Shown here: positions 53,345-64,000 of the stretch, piece after piece | How the letters are laid out: each line of letters begins with the position of its first letter | Numbering within the stretch: position 1 is the stretch's first letter | Assembly (NCBI GenBank): GCA_964016885.1 | Contig: OZ024746.1 | Span: forward strand, 98,022,001-98,086,000 | From: Eledone cirrhosa | Lineage: Eukaryota | DNA: 64,000 nt | Direction of reading: 5' to 3' | The notes under the pieces: generated by a model | Seen by the model: only the letters and a program-made list of their open reading frames with translations | The model's database searches: none | Told to the model about the DNA's origin: nothing | Translations under genes and position numbers: made by a program

Positions 53345-53423
53345 ATCTTAATAGCCATTTGACACACATCGCTGCTAACCATTATCACAACATCGAACAC
53401 CTTACTACTACTACACACACACA

Positions 53424-53492
<69 letters not shown>

Positions 53493-53700
53493 TTGTTGTG
53501 AAAGAGTCATTTCTCAATCTTGGCGCAAAACTAATTTTTTATTCACATGACCTCTACCGACCAATCAAAATTGTTTTGACCACAAGAATTTTTGCAACAC
53601 CAAAGTAACGCTGGAGCCACTTTTTTAACATAAAAACAGGTAGAATTCCCAAAACTAATCAGATCAGAGCAAACAGCACGAACACTCTATCTCAAAATTA

Positions 53701-53738
53701 TTTTTGAAAAGCATTTAGAAATGCGCAACCGGTAAAAA
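53701..53738 (+). ncRNA. Variant hammerhead-like motif in the PLE pLTR (mirror copy at 47691-47728, minus)
   Basis: ttt TTGAAAA gcattt-ag-aaatgc GCAA ccgg TA aaa: U3-A8 covariation, A13C change and palindromic stem III. Confidence 0.55.
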
Positions 53739-53855
53739 CTTAAAAACTTAAAACCACAACTGAATACTAACCCATACAATCACTAATACTCTTTTATTCC
53801 TAATTAAACCATTTTTCAACTGTGAACAATTTGTCAGCATTTTCTATTCCGTTTA

Positions 53856-53937
<82 letters not shown>

Positions 53938-53939
<2 letters not shown>

Positions 53940-54650
53940 GCGGACTGTTTCGCCGAGCATTTGAGGGATATAAGACTCGGTTCGGATACTCCTGTCGCCC
54001 GTCATTTCTGTTCTCCTGGTCGTTCTTCCCTACATGTTTCAGTCTTAGGTGTCTTTTTACATCATGGATCACAGGCCTCGCGCACCAGGACTGAACAAAG
54101 TCTCATTCACCGCCTTGGGTCCTATTCCACTCTTGGAATCAACTCACCTCCCCAATTTCTCTAATACTCCGTCCATTATCACACATGCTTGTACATTCAC
54201 CCCTAGATTCCTATCGCTTTCTCTTGATCATTAACATCTTCTCTTACAACTAATACGTGCCGACTATATATGCACACTCCACTTTTCCCTTCGTTGCTCT
54301 GTATGCACACATACATACCCTTGTATTAACATACTTTTGCTCATAGCTTCGTATTTACATGCACACACACTCTTTTACTCACATATACATACACATTTCT
54401 TCTTAGCTTCGTACGGACGTATAATAACACCCCCCCCCACACACACACACATGTTTACACACGTGCACAATATAGCTCTTTTTACAAAACGTTTTTTTTC
54501 CCATTTCAAGTAGACGCACTCCATCATTCACTTTTCTAAAAAATTAATCATACACAAAACGCCAGGACCAACAGTTTTGCAAGAGATGTCAACATGAATG
54601 GACCTGTTATTTTTATCTAAAGACATTTTTTCCAATCCCAACCCACCCGT
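53938..54650 (+). mobile_element. Penelope-like 3' fragment (GIY-YIG C-terminal half and UTR), third family
   Basis: ADCFAEHLRDIRLGSDTPVARHFCSPG..RTRTEQSLIHRLGSYSTLGIN (R/C.AEH, VARHF, E, LG...GIN). Confidence 0.8.
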
Positions 54651-55945
54651 CGGAGGGTTCTTGCTGTTCCCAGTAAGCATGCCTTTTGAAGTGTTCCAAA
54701 AAGCGGGGCTGGACTAATCTTCTTTAACCATCATTAGAAATTCTTTGAGGTGGTACCTAGTGCGCCTATGCCAATCGGGACGACCTTGACTTCATGGCAG
54801 TTCCAAATCTTTTTTACCTCCCACTTTAAGTCCTGGTATCAGTTAATTTTCTCCTTCTCCTTTTCTTGCACTCTCGTGTCAAAGGGGCAGGCTACATCTA
54901 CAATCAGTCGCGATCTTTTTTCCTTGTCCAAAACCACCAGGTCAGGCCTATTGTGTTCTAATTTTTTGTCCGTTTGTATCCTAAAATCCCATAGCACCTT
55001 CCCCTGATCGTTTTCTATCACCGACTCTGGCTTATGCTCATACCACTTCTCAGAATGTGGTAAATTGTTTACTTTGCATAGGTGCCAGTGGATCACCCTG
55101 CTCATCACATCATATCTCCAGCCTTTATGGTGAGTCTGGGCTAGGTGTTTACACTCGGCTAAAATGTGAGCCACAGTCTTCTCTCTCTCCACAGATCCTA
55201 CACAGTGGGTTGGCCTCCTCCTTGTAAATATGGTGTTTCACTCACTTCGTTCTGAGGGCTTGCTCTTGCGCAGCCATTAGCATTCTTTCTGTAGCTTTTT
55301 TAAGGTTTCCTCTTTTTAACCAGTTCCATGTCTGTGGATCTCTAAATTCCGTTTTCTTAAAGAAGGTGCTATGAAGGAATTTTTCTTGAAGGTTGCTCTT
55401 CCTCCTTGTTGTTATTTCCTCCTTGGACATCTCCTGGTCTATTATCTTCTCCTTCAGTACAATTTTGAGCATTGGCTCTATTTAGATGTGATTTTAGTAT
55501 GTTCTTTACTCTCCTTATGTATTCAGATCTTATCAATTCCTTCATTTTTTTGTTCTTGATGTCATCTGCCTCCAGGACACCTAAATATTTGTATCCCTCT
55601 TCAGCGTCAACAATACTAATAATAATTTCCTTTATCATCTCACCTGTTGGTAGCTGGATTCCGTTGCTTCTGTTCAATTTAACCACTTCATCACTAGGAC
55701 TCCACACTTATTAATACCACATTCCATAAATATATCATTGCTGAAAATACGGACAGTGTCAACAACAACATCCAACTCCTTCTCACTCTTCCCAAAGAGT
55801 TTAATATCGTCCATGAAGAGGAGGTGGTTGATGGTAAGTTCTCCTCTTCCCAACTTGTATCCTGCTCTCACTTTTCGCAATATAACAGACAGGGTATCAG
55901 GGCAAGGACAAAGGGCTCAGACTATCTCCCTGGAAGATACCTTAT
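54648..55945 (-). mobile_element. Older, diverged R4/Dong-like LINE fragment
   Basis: Same RT/CCHC/RLE motifs as the 32-34 kb copies, with more stops and indels. Confidence 0.88.
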
Positions 55946-55950
55946 TATTG

Positions 55951-56506
55951 GCAGCATAGTTACGTCCCTTTACAGTCTGAGTTTAAATCCCGCCGAGGTT
56001 TACTTTGCCTTTCATCCTTACGGGGTCGATAAAATAAAGTACCAGTAATGTACTGGGTAATTGCTGGCCTTGTGCCTAAAGTAGAAAAAATTATTATTAT
56101 TATTATTAATATCATTATTATTATTATTGTTGGGTGATGGATTGGCAGTATTGGTAGAGGGTCGGACGCCATGCTTTATAGTCTGAGTTCAAATAAAGTA
56201 CCAGTAATAATAATAAAGTACCAGTAATACACTGGATAATTGCTGGCCTTGTGCCTAACGTAGAAACAATTATTATTGTTGTTGTTGTTGTTGTTGTTAT
56301 TACTATTTGTTCACGCATTCAGTACAACAGACAATATATAACCCAGGAAATGTATAATAGTGACTTCATTTTTAAACTGTCGAGATGTTTATAGAAAACT
56401 AAAAAAATCCAATCGAATAGAGAACTTAGAGATTACAAACAGATTTTGTGTGGAAAAGAAAAGAAATCTTCAAAGAATGAATTTGCCGTAGTATCAGTGA
56501 AACACA

Positions 56507-56538
<32 letters not shown>

Positions 56539-56915
56539 GCATAATAAGGTGGATTGGCAGTATCGGCAGAGGGTCTGACATGCTTTGCGGCAAAGAGTTA
56601 TGGCCCTTTATGGTCTGAGTTCAAATCCCGCCGAGGTTAACTTTGCCTTTCATCCTTACGGGGTCGATAAAATAAAGTACCAGTAATGCACTGGGTAATT
56701 GCTGGCCTTGTGCCAAAAGTAGAAACAATTATTATTGCAGCATTGAATTACAACCCTTTGCATTCTGATTACAAAACCTGACGAGGTTAGCTTTGCCTTT
56801 CATCCTTACGGGGTCGATAAATAAAGTGCCAGTAATGAACTTTGGTCGATATGATCGACTTTCCCCTCCCTCCACTTCAAATTGCTGGCATTGTGCCAAA
56901 ATGTAGAAAAATTGT
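55951..56915 (+). mobile_element. Cluster of four Meta/MESC-core SINE copies with (TTA)n
   Basis: Copies at ~55951-56100, 56131-56275, 56547-56735 and 56737-56915. Confidence 0.8.
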
Positions 56916-57146
56916 TAGACGTGAGCACAAATATGTTTTTAAGTCACAGACAGAAGAGTGTGAGAGATATACATTAAGTTGATATAATATGGCTTGAGCT
57001 GTCATACATATATCTGTCTCAACGAAATTCATACTGATGATTACTGAAGATGATGTAAATATGAATGGACCTGATATTTTTATCTAAAGACATTTTTTCT
57101 AATTCCAACCCACCCGTCCCTTCAATCTATCTTATTTCTCATTCTT

Positions 57147-57182
57147 TCTTCTGATGAAGGACTAGCGTCCGAATCGTTAAGA
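57147..57182 (+). ncRNA. Minimal hammerhead motif with GAAA to GAAT mutation
   Basis: tctt CTGATGA aggactagcgtcc GAAT cg TT aaga. Confidence 0.55.
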
Positions 57183-57635
57183 CCCTCTTCCTTCTATTTC
57201 AAGCGTTAACCTAATATATCCCTTCCATATACTGTACCGATTGTGTTGTTATTTCTGTTTACCTTTTACACACACACACATACACACATATATATATATA
57301 TATGAAAAACCGGAGTCAAAAACTCGCGTTAATACCCTGTAATTAGTGAGCTCAAAGTATAAGAACTGAGCTCTTTACAATATAATATATAGAACACACA
57401 AAGAAGTGTGTTTTGAATAAAAAACCACTTTGGTGCAATGCATATAATCTACGAACAAACGGAATATACATAATAACCGGAAAAAGTGAATTAACATGTA
57501 CTAAACACTTCAACAACTATTAAACTCTTGGACAAACTACAGATAGAGTTTGTTTCGCCGAAAATTAGTGGCTGTGTCATAGAATCTCAGGGCTTCTCAA
57601 CAAAAGTAGAAACAAAAGTAGAAACAATTAAAACT

Positions 57636-57830
57636 AGGGTGGTGATTGGCAGTATCGGTAGAGGGTCGGATACCATGCTTTGCAGCAAAGAGTTACGGCC
57701 CTTTATGGTCTGAGTTCAAATCCCACCGAGGTTAACTTTGCCTTTCATCCTTACGGGTCGATAAAATAAAGTACCAGTAATACACTGGATAATTGCTGGC
57801 CTTGTGTCAAAAGTAGAAACAATTATTATA
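57636..57830 (+). mobile_element. Meta/MESC-core tRNA SINE
   Basis: Matches the family consensus. Confidence 0.85.
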
Positions 57831-57900
57831 TCAACCCCAGAAAGATGAAAGACAAAGTTGACATCGATGTGATTTGAACTCAGAAAGTAAGGGGCCTTAA

Positions 57901-58125
57901 CCCTTTAGCATTTAAACCGGTCATATCCAGTCAGAATTCTCTCACCTCTTTATATTCAAACCGGCTGTAAGCGACTGCAACCGAGCGCTCATGCTGATGT
58001 TAAGGTATTGTTTCTCAACATAAATAATATCAAAATCTCATAGATTCGATATTATGAGATAATTATGTGAGATAAAGCCTTTACCATGAAAATAGTAAAT
58101 ATAGTGTAATGTAAATGCTAAAAGG
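57901..58125. mobile_element. piggyBac-like MITE nested in a minus-strand SINE
   Basis: TTAA|ccctttagcattta ... taaatgctaaaagg|TTAC; SINE halves at 57830-57900 and 58130-58182. Confidence 0.7.
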
Positions 58126-58339
58126 TTACCTAAATACCATCCATTTTCTCCGACGCTCTAACGATTCTGCCAATCCACCACTATAATACATTCTGCTAAT
58201 CTAAACCGGTTGAACTTATTTACCTCTTCTCTACCGACTTTCCCTTTGTTTTACCATCTGGCACTAAACATTACCTCTAAATTATCCTCTCTAGATGTAT
58301 ATCTTTTTACTATACTATTATTACTGATATGTTCATCTC

Positions 58340-58730
58340 AACTGCTGCACGTCGGGCTGAGGAGGCCAAACTCTCCAAGTACCGGTCGCTCTCAGACAGG
58401 TTTGTGGGTGTGCCATTGGCAGTGGAGACTTCTGGTGTCCTTGGCTAGGGCTACATCCCTACTTACCACTATTGGCGCTGAGCTGGCCAGCCGCAGGTGT
58501 AAGCCTCGCGAGCTGGAATGACTCTTCCAGCGCATCTCCCTTACCATCCTTCGGGGAAACGCCTTCTCCATTCTGTCCGCCGGGACTGTGGGGAGCCCAG
58601 CATTTGGTCCCTATACAGAGAGATGGGGAGGGCGAGAGAGATGGAGGCGATGACAGTGGGAGTTCGGTTAGGACCATATCCTTGTGGTTGTGTTTATTAT
58701 CTATAAAGAGATGTTTAAAAAGATGACAAC
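58340..58730 (+). mobile_element. CRE-clade LINE 3' fragment (RLE C-terminus)
   Basis: AARRAEEAKLSKYRSLSDRFVGVPLAVETSGVLG .. LFQRISLTILRGNAFSILS. Confidence 0.7.
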
Positions 58731-59992
58731 TTACTTAATATTTAACTATTAACTAAAGACAACTGTATTAATCTTCCATTGAATTCAGATACTCAAACAA
58801 CAGCAACAAAAAGTGAATATGGGATCGTTTGGGGTCTCGAATCTATGAGTAACACAAAGAAATAGAAGAAAAAAATCATACTTTGGACAAAATCAATTTC
58901 GAACCTACAAATCTATCTTCAGCACTGGTAATTATAGTTCCTGATATTAAATACGAAGATTAGATAAAGCTATATACACATTTATATGTAATATTTGGTG
59001 AGCAATGGAGCTTTCTTATTCTTTAGTACATTTTTAATGTTCAGTAATCGTTTTATTGTCCGTAGTTGATAAAACTTCACTTTGCTTTGGCAGAAGAGTC
59101 ATCAAAGCTGAATTGTAATTCAACACCATTTGGAAACATCAGTGAGCATGAAAAGCGAAAAGAAATTTATAGCTTTCAGAGATGAATGAGTGTGAATGTT
59201 TTATCTTTTTACTGATTTATCAGCCTTCTATGATTCCGTAATAAAGTGAAGTTGAAGCACGTTAGGTGTATTTCATTGATGTATTTGAAAATACAAATAT
59301 AAACCTTCGCTGTTGGCTTTTTAAATCACATCTGAAACCAAACGTAATTGATTCCAGTCCAGCAAGAACATTGTTATCACACGACTAAACAATATTCTAA
59401 ATTCTAAAGAATGAAATGCAATCAAGTGCAGCTTTTACGATCGAAATATTGCAACATCTCACTTCAATATATTTTATATTGTCAGTAATTATTTTACATA
59501 TTTAGGAGGCTACACAATAATGTGCAAGGCTTTGCCACTCAATAAAAGAATATGTGTACATATTTATTTATTTATTTTAACTTTAAGTTCTAATTTCTAT
59601 TCAGATTGTTCACCTATGGAAAATCTTTCATGCTTTATGGAAAATGTTAAAAGGAAGATCCACAGGAACACAATAATGGTTAATGATAAATTTGTAAAAA
59701 AATCATGGGATCATTTTGAAATTATCAGACAAAAGCTATAACTTCAATGTATTTTTCTTCATTCATTACTCAGTTAACACAGTAAAGTTAAATACTTCTT
59801 TAGTTTCTTGGAGGCAGTGTATTCTCAGCCACTCCCACCCCCAGAAAAGGGGGTGGGAATAAGCGAGGGGCGGATAATCAGAATTTGTTCTAGGTGGTCT
59901 CCGTCGATTTTTTCACTAAAACCAGAATTAGTCGTTTAGTTTACATACTGAGACACAAACTCATTTACTTTATAACGTATCAGATTTCCAAT

Positions 59993-60145
59993 AATTGTTT
60001 CTACTTTAAAGGGGAGGCGAAAGTCGATTAAATCAATCCCAGTGCATTACTGGTACTTTATTTTATCGACCCCGTAAAGGGACGTGACTCTATACTGCAA
60101 AGTAGGGTGTTCGACGCTCTGCCGATACTGCCAATCCACTTCCCT
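59993..60145 (-). mobile_element. Meta/MESC-core SINE with internal deletion
   Basis: Reverse-complement match to the family. Confidence 0.7.
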
Positions 60146-60311
60146 AACATATATAACTATAATAATAGTTGATGAGGATAAATATTTGTAAAATCAGTAG
60201 AAATACATCTGAAGATGGCATAAAATGGCCAGAGGTGTCTTCGTGCAAATCATTGTTTAGTTCCCACTCTCTTTTTCTTTTTCTCTCCCTCACTTGGAAT
60301 TTGTGTTAATA

Positions 60312-60855
<544 letters not shown>

Positions 60856-61049
60856 ACGACGATTTATTCTAAGTAGTTACTTGTAAGAGGAAGGACATGG
60901 TGTGTGAGTGGTGCTGGTGGTGCTGGTGGTGGTGGTAGTGCTGGTGGTGGGTACATGAGAAATGCTACAATTGTGTTGTTCTAACGCCATGTTTCTAAAG
61001 AGTGTTGCAATTTCGGATAAAATATGGCGATGTGTTTGGGGGACAGTTC

Positions 61050-61258
61050 TTCTTGTCGTGTCCACAAGAATGTCAGTTACAAAGCTTGGCTAGATGTAGT
61101 CCCACCACAGTTGAACACATTGCTGTCCTTTCTCAATAAACTCTGCCAAGTCCAATGTTGTGCAGGGGTGTTCCAGCAGGGGACATATCAGGAGATGCTG
61201 CGTAGTCTGTGGTTTGATACTGCAGTCACACACAACGGCCCCATCCTTTAAAGTAAAG
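61050..61258 (-). mobile_element. I-group (Ingi/Vingi-like) LINE 3' fragment
   Basis: CDCSIKPQTTQHLLICP..CTTLDL C-terminal zinc knuckle; the clade assignment is tentative. Confidence 0.5.
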
Positions 61259-61299
61259 CCACTATATATACACACTATATATATAGTATACCACACTAT

Positions 61300-62016
61300 A
61301 TATATATCTAAAATAGAGAATGTCTGTCTGTCTGTCTGACTGACTCCCTAAAACTTGAGAACCACCCAACCGATTGTTTTCAAACTTTACACATGAAATA
61401 CGTCCTGTGAGTGTTTTGAGTAAAAAATATTTCAAATTTTCTATGCTCTAGGGACCACATTAAGCGATTTAGCAATCTCTTTCTATAATTCTTAATCTTT
61501 CATTTTAGATAGATACATAGATATAACGTCGCACCCTTATAATATCTGTCTGTATGTTTGGCTGTCTGCATTACGTCATTATGACGCGATCAGTGTGTGT
61601 ATATGTATATATAGTGTGTGTATATGTATATATAGTGTGTGTATATATTCTTATGCCAGGGAACGTCTTCACGAACCAAAGTATCGTCTACCTGTTTTCC
61701 TTCGGTTGCAACGTTTTTCGAAATATTTACTTCTGCGTTCAAAGATTGATTTTTTTTAGTTTCAGAAGATCCCGTTAAGGGTGAAAGCAGCGATTCTTTG
61801 CTTAAACTTTAATCTGTTATTTTAATATATACTAGCAGAATGGCCCGGCGTTACCCGGGATTCTAAACATGTGAAATAAATACGTTTGTTTATATTTTGT
61901 TATTGTGTATGCAAAAATATCTGTACACGAATATATAATTTTATATATATATATTAGAAAGTTCTTCTGCTTTTCAAAAGTAGAGTTGAGATGGAGGGCC
62001 TGTGGTTTTTCTCACA

Positions 62017-62053
<37 letters not shown>

Positions 62054-62140
62054 GAGAATGTCTGTCTGTATGTCTGACTCCCTAAAACTCGAGAACCATC
62101 CAACCGATTTTTTTCAAACTTTACACATGTGATACGTATG
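61300..62140. mobile_element. Helitron/HINE fragments
   Basis: 5'-type ends ..agagaatgtctgtctg..actccctaaaact.gagaacc at ~61305 and ~62045; minus-strand 3' end actag..cccggcgttacccggg at 61831-61860. Confidence 0.55.
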
Positions 62141-62392
62141 GTAATGTGAGTGAGAGAGAGAGAGATGGAGACAGTGAGGGAAAGAATTTTATTAAATCTT
62201 GTTTGGTGTCACACTGATCGATTCACACTTGTGTCACAGTTTGAATACACCAGGTCTTGAATAATCGTCCCCCCACCCCGCTTATTAAATATTCAGATAT
62301 TTTCAAACACACCCGTTTATTTAATTTTGCTAGACTATCTCCGACGAAGCTTTAATGTAAGTGATTCATATTGATACAGCAGCTGGAGAATT

Positions 62393-62710
62393 TAATAATT
62401 GTTTCTACATTTTGGCACAAGGCCAACAAATACTCAGTGTATTACTGGTACTTTATTTTATCGACCTCGTAAGGATGAAAGGCAAAGTTAACCTCGGCGG
62501 GATTTGAACTCAGATCATAAAGGGACGTAACTCTATGCTTCAAAGCATGGTGTCCGACTCTCTACCGATACTGCCAATCCACCACCCTGGAATCTAATAA
62601 TGATTTCTAGTATAGGCACAAAGCCAGTAATTTGGAGGGAAGGGAAAGTGGATTAAATCGACTCCAATACGTTACTGGTGCTTTATTTCATCGACACTTT
62701 AAGCATGAAT
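62393..62710 (-). mobile_element. Two Meta/MESC-core SINE copies
   Basis: Reverse-complement matches. Confidence 0.8.
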
Positions 62711-62722
62711 AGAAACATATTA

Positions 62723-63067
62723 TCGTATTTCCCTGCATCGAAGACGCTACTTTTCCCTAAAATAAGTCTCAAAAATCTACCATGCGTCCAGGAGGCCGAA
62801 GGTTGTTTATTATTTCTTTTTCAAATTTTGTAAAGCATGCTTTGCACCATAGAGTTACCATGGATACCATGCTTTGCACCATAGAGTTACGCCCCTTTAC
62901 GGTCTGAGTTCAAATCGTGCCGGGGTTAACTCCTTTTATCCTTACGAGGCCGATCAAATAAAGTACCAGTAATTGCTGGCCTTGTGCCAAAAAAAGAAAA
63001 AATTATTTTTTTTCTAACTTTTGGTTGTCAACATTAGGGTGCGTCTTCGGCGCCGGGAAATATACGA
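62723..63067. mobile_element. pogo/Tigger-like MITE with a nested SINE (62834-63006)
   Basis: TIRs tcgtatttccctgcatcgaagacgc / gcgtcttcggcgccgggaaatatacga. Confidence 0.7.
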
Positions 63068-63448
63068 CAAAAAAAGAACATTACAAGAAATCCCATATAA
63101 GGGACGTACACTATACAATCACCGACTACGCCCACACCATTTGTGCCCCCCCCCCCCAAAAAAAAAACCATCCCCGCTTATAAGAAGTTAAGTAAATGTC
63201 CAACACCCACTTGCTTATTCCAACCCTCTGCCCTGTTATTTAGGACCCGAGAGTAGATGAATCTTATATATGACATAGTATCATAGACGGTGTAGGCTTG
63301 GCAAGCTGTGTGTAGTCTGCTAGCCTGTGTTTACTCGCCTGTCTGGGTCGAAATAGAGTGACTTGCCAATGTCATTAAATGAGGCCACACACTACCTTCC
63401 AAGAAATGGAGAAATATATATAAACAAACACACACACACACACACATA

Positions 63449-63608
<160 letters not shown>

Positions 63609-63709
63609 AGAGGAACGATCGACTTTCGTCAAATCGGACCGAGGGAACAATGTTTCCGTTGGTCTTTCCAATTGCTAATACTATCTATCGGTCGCAACTC
63701 CAGGTAGAA

Positions 63710-63830
63710 GGCGTGTGGCTGAGTGGTTAGAGAATTGGATTCGCAATCGTAAGGTTGTGAGTTCGATTCCTGGACCAGGCGATGCGTTATGTCCTTGAGC
63801 AAGATACTTTATTTCACGTTGCTCCTTCTA
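63710..63830 (+). mobile_element. tRNA-headed Nin/Deu-like SINE
   Basis: gcgtgtggctgagtggttag..gagttcgattcc..ccttgagcaagatacttta; the inverse copy is at 35990-36073. Confidence 0.7.
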
Positions 63831-63847
63831 CCTAGATATATATATTT

Positions 63848-63985
63848 GAAAAAAGGAAAAGAATGACTTCACTTGTAGTTCTAAACAATTTGATTTAATT
63901 TTATAATTTTATAAAATTTTATAAAATTATAAAATTAAGTCAAATTGTTTAGAACTACAAGTGAAGTCATTCTCTTCCTTTTTTC
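63848..63985. repeat. ~138-bp near-perfect palindrome
   Basis: gaaaaaaggaa.agaatgacttcacttgtagttctaaacaatttga ... tcaaattgtttagaactacaagtgaagtcattct.ttccttttttc. Confidence 0.9.
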
Positions 63986-64000
63986 TAATATACCTAGCTG

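Noticed and set aside
60203-60245. CTGAAGA tggc..gcca motif
   Set aside because: GAAA and stem III are absent.
63710-63780. tRNA gene
   Set aside because: The tRNA-like head runs directly into a SINE body and lacks a complete acceptor stem; the same applies to other SINE heads.

Overview
AT-rich, microsatellite-dense animal genomic DNA. The repeat families suggest a mollusc, probably an octopus-like cephalopod (inference). I could not identify a host protein-coding gene with confidence, and most listed ORFs are artefacts of simple repeats. The window is a mosaic of transposable elements: (i) a near-intact 6.3-kb Penelope-like element (PLE, 47530-53862) with a coiled-coil ORF1, an RT + GIY-YIG pol frame that appears reachable only through an in-phase T_TTT_TTA -1 slippery site, and a ~1.4-kb inverted terminal duplication; (ii) about 20 type-I hammerhead ribozyme (HHR) motifs read by eye, mostly in short, often palindromic PLE-derived modules within (TA)n tracts, including seven copies of a non-canonical U3-A8 core (UUGAAAA), four of which also carry GCAA instead of GAAA; (iii) R4/Dong-like RLE LINEs stacked in (TAA)n and a second family associated with (CATA)n; (iv) RTE, CRE, L1/Tx1-like and I-group LINE fragments, including a twin-priming-type inversion and an RTE tail with three C2H2 zinc fingers; (v) many tRNA-derived SINEs, non-autonomous Helitrons and hAT/piggyBac/pogo-like MITEs. 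All calls come from manual reading, with no database searches or folding programs run, and element boundaries are approximate.
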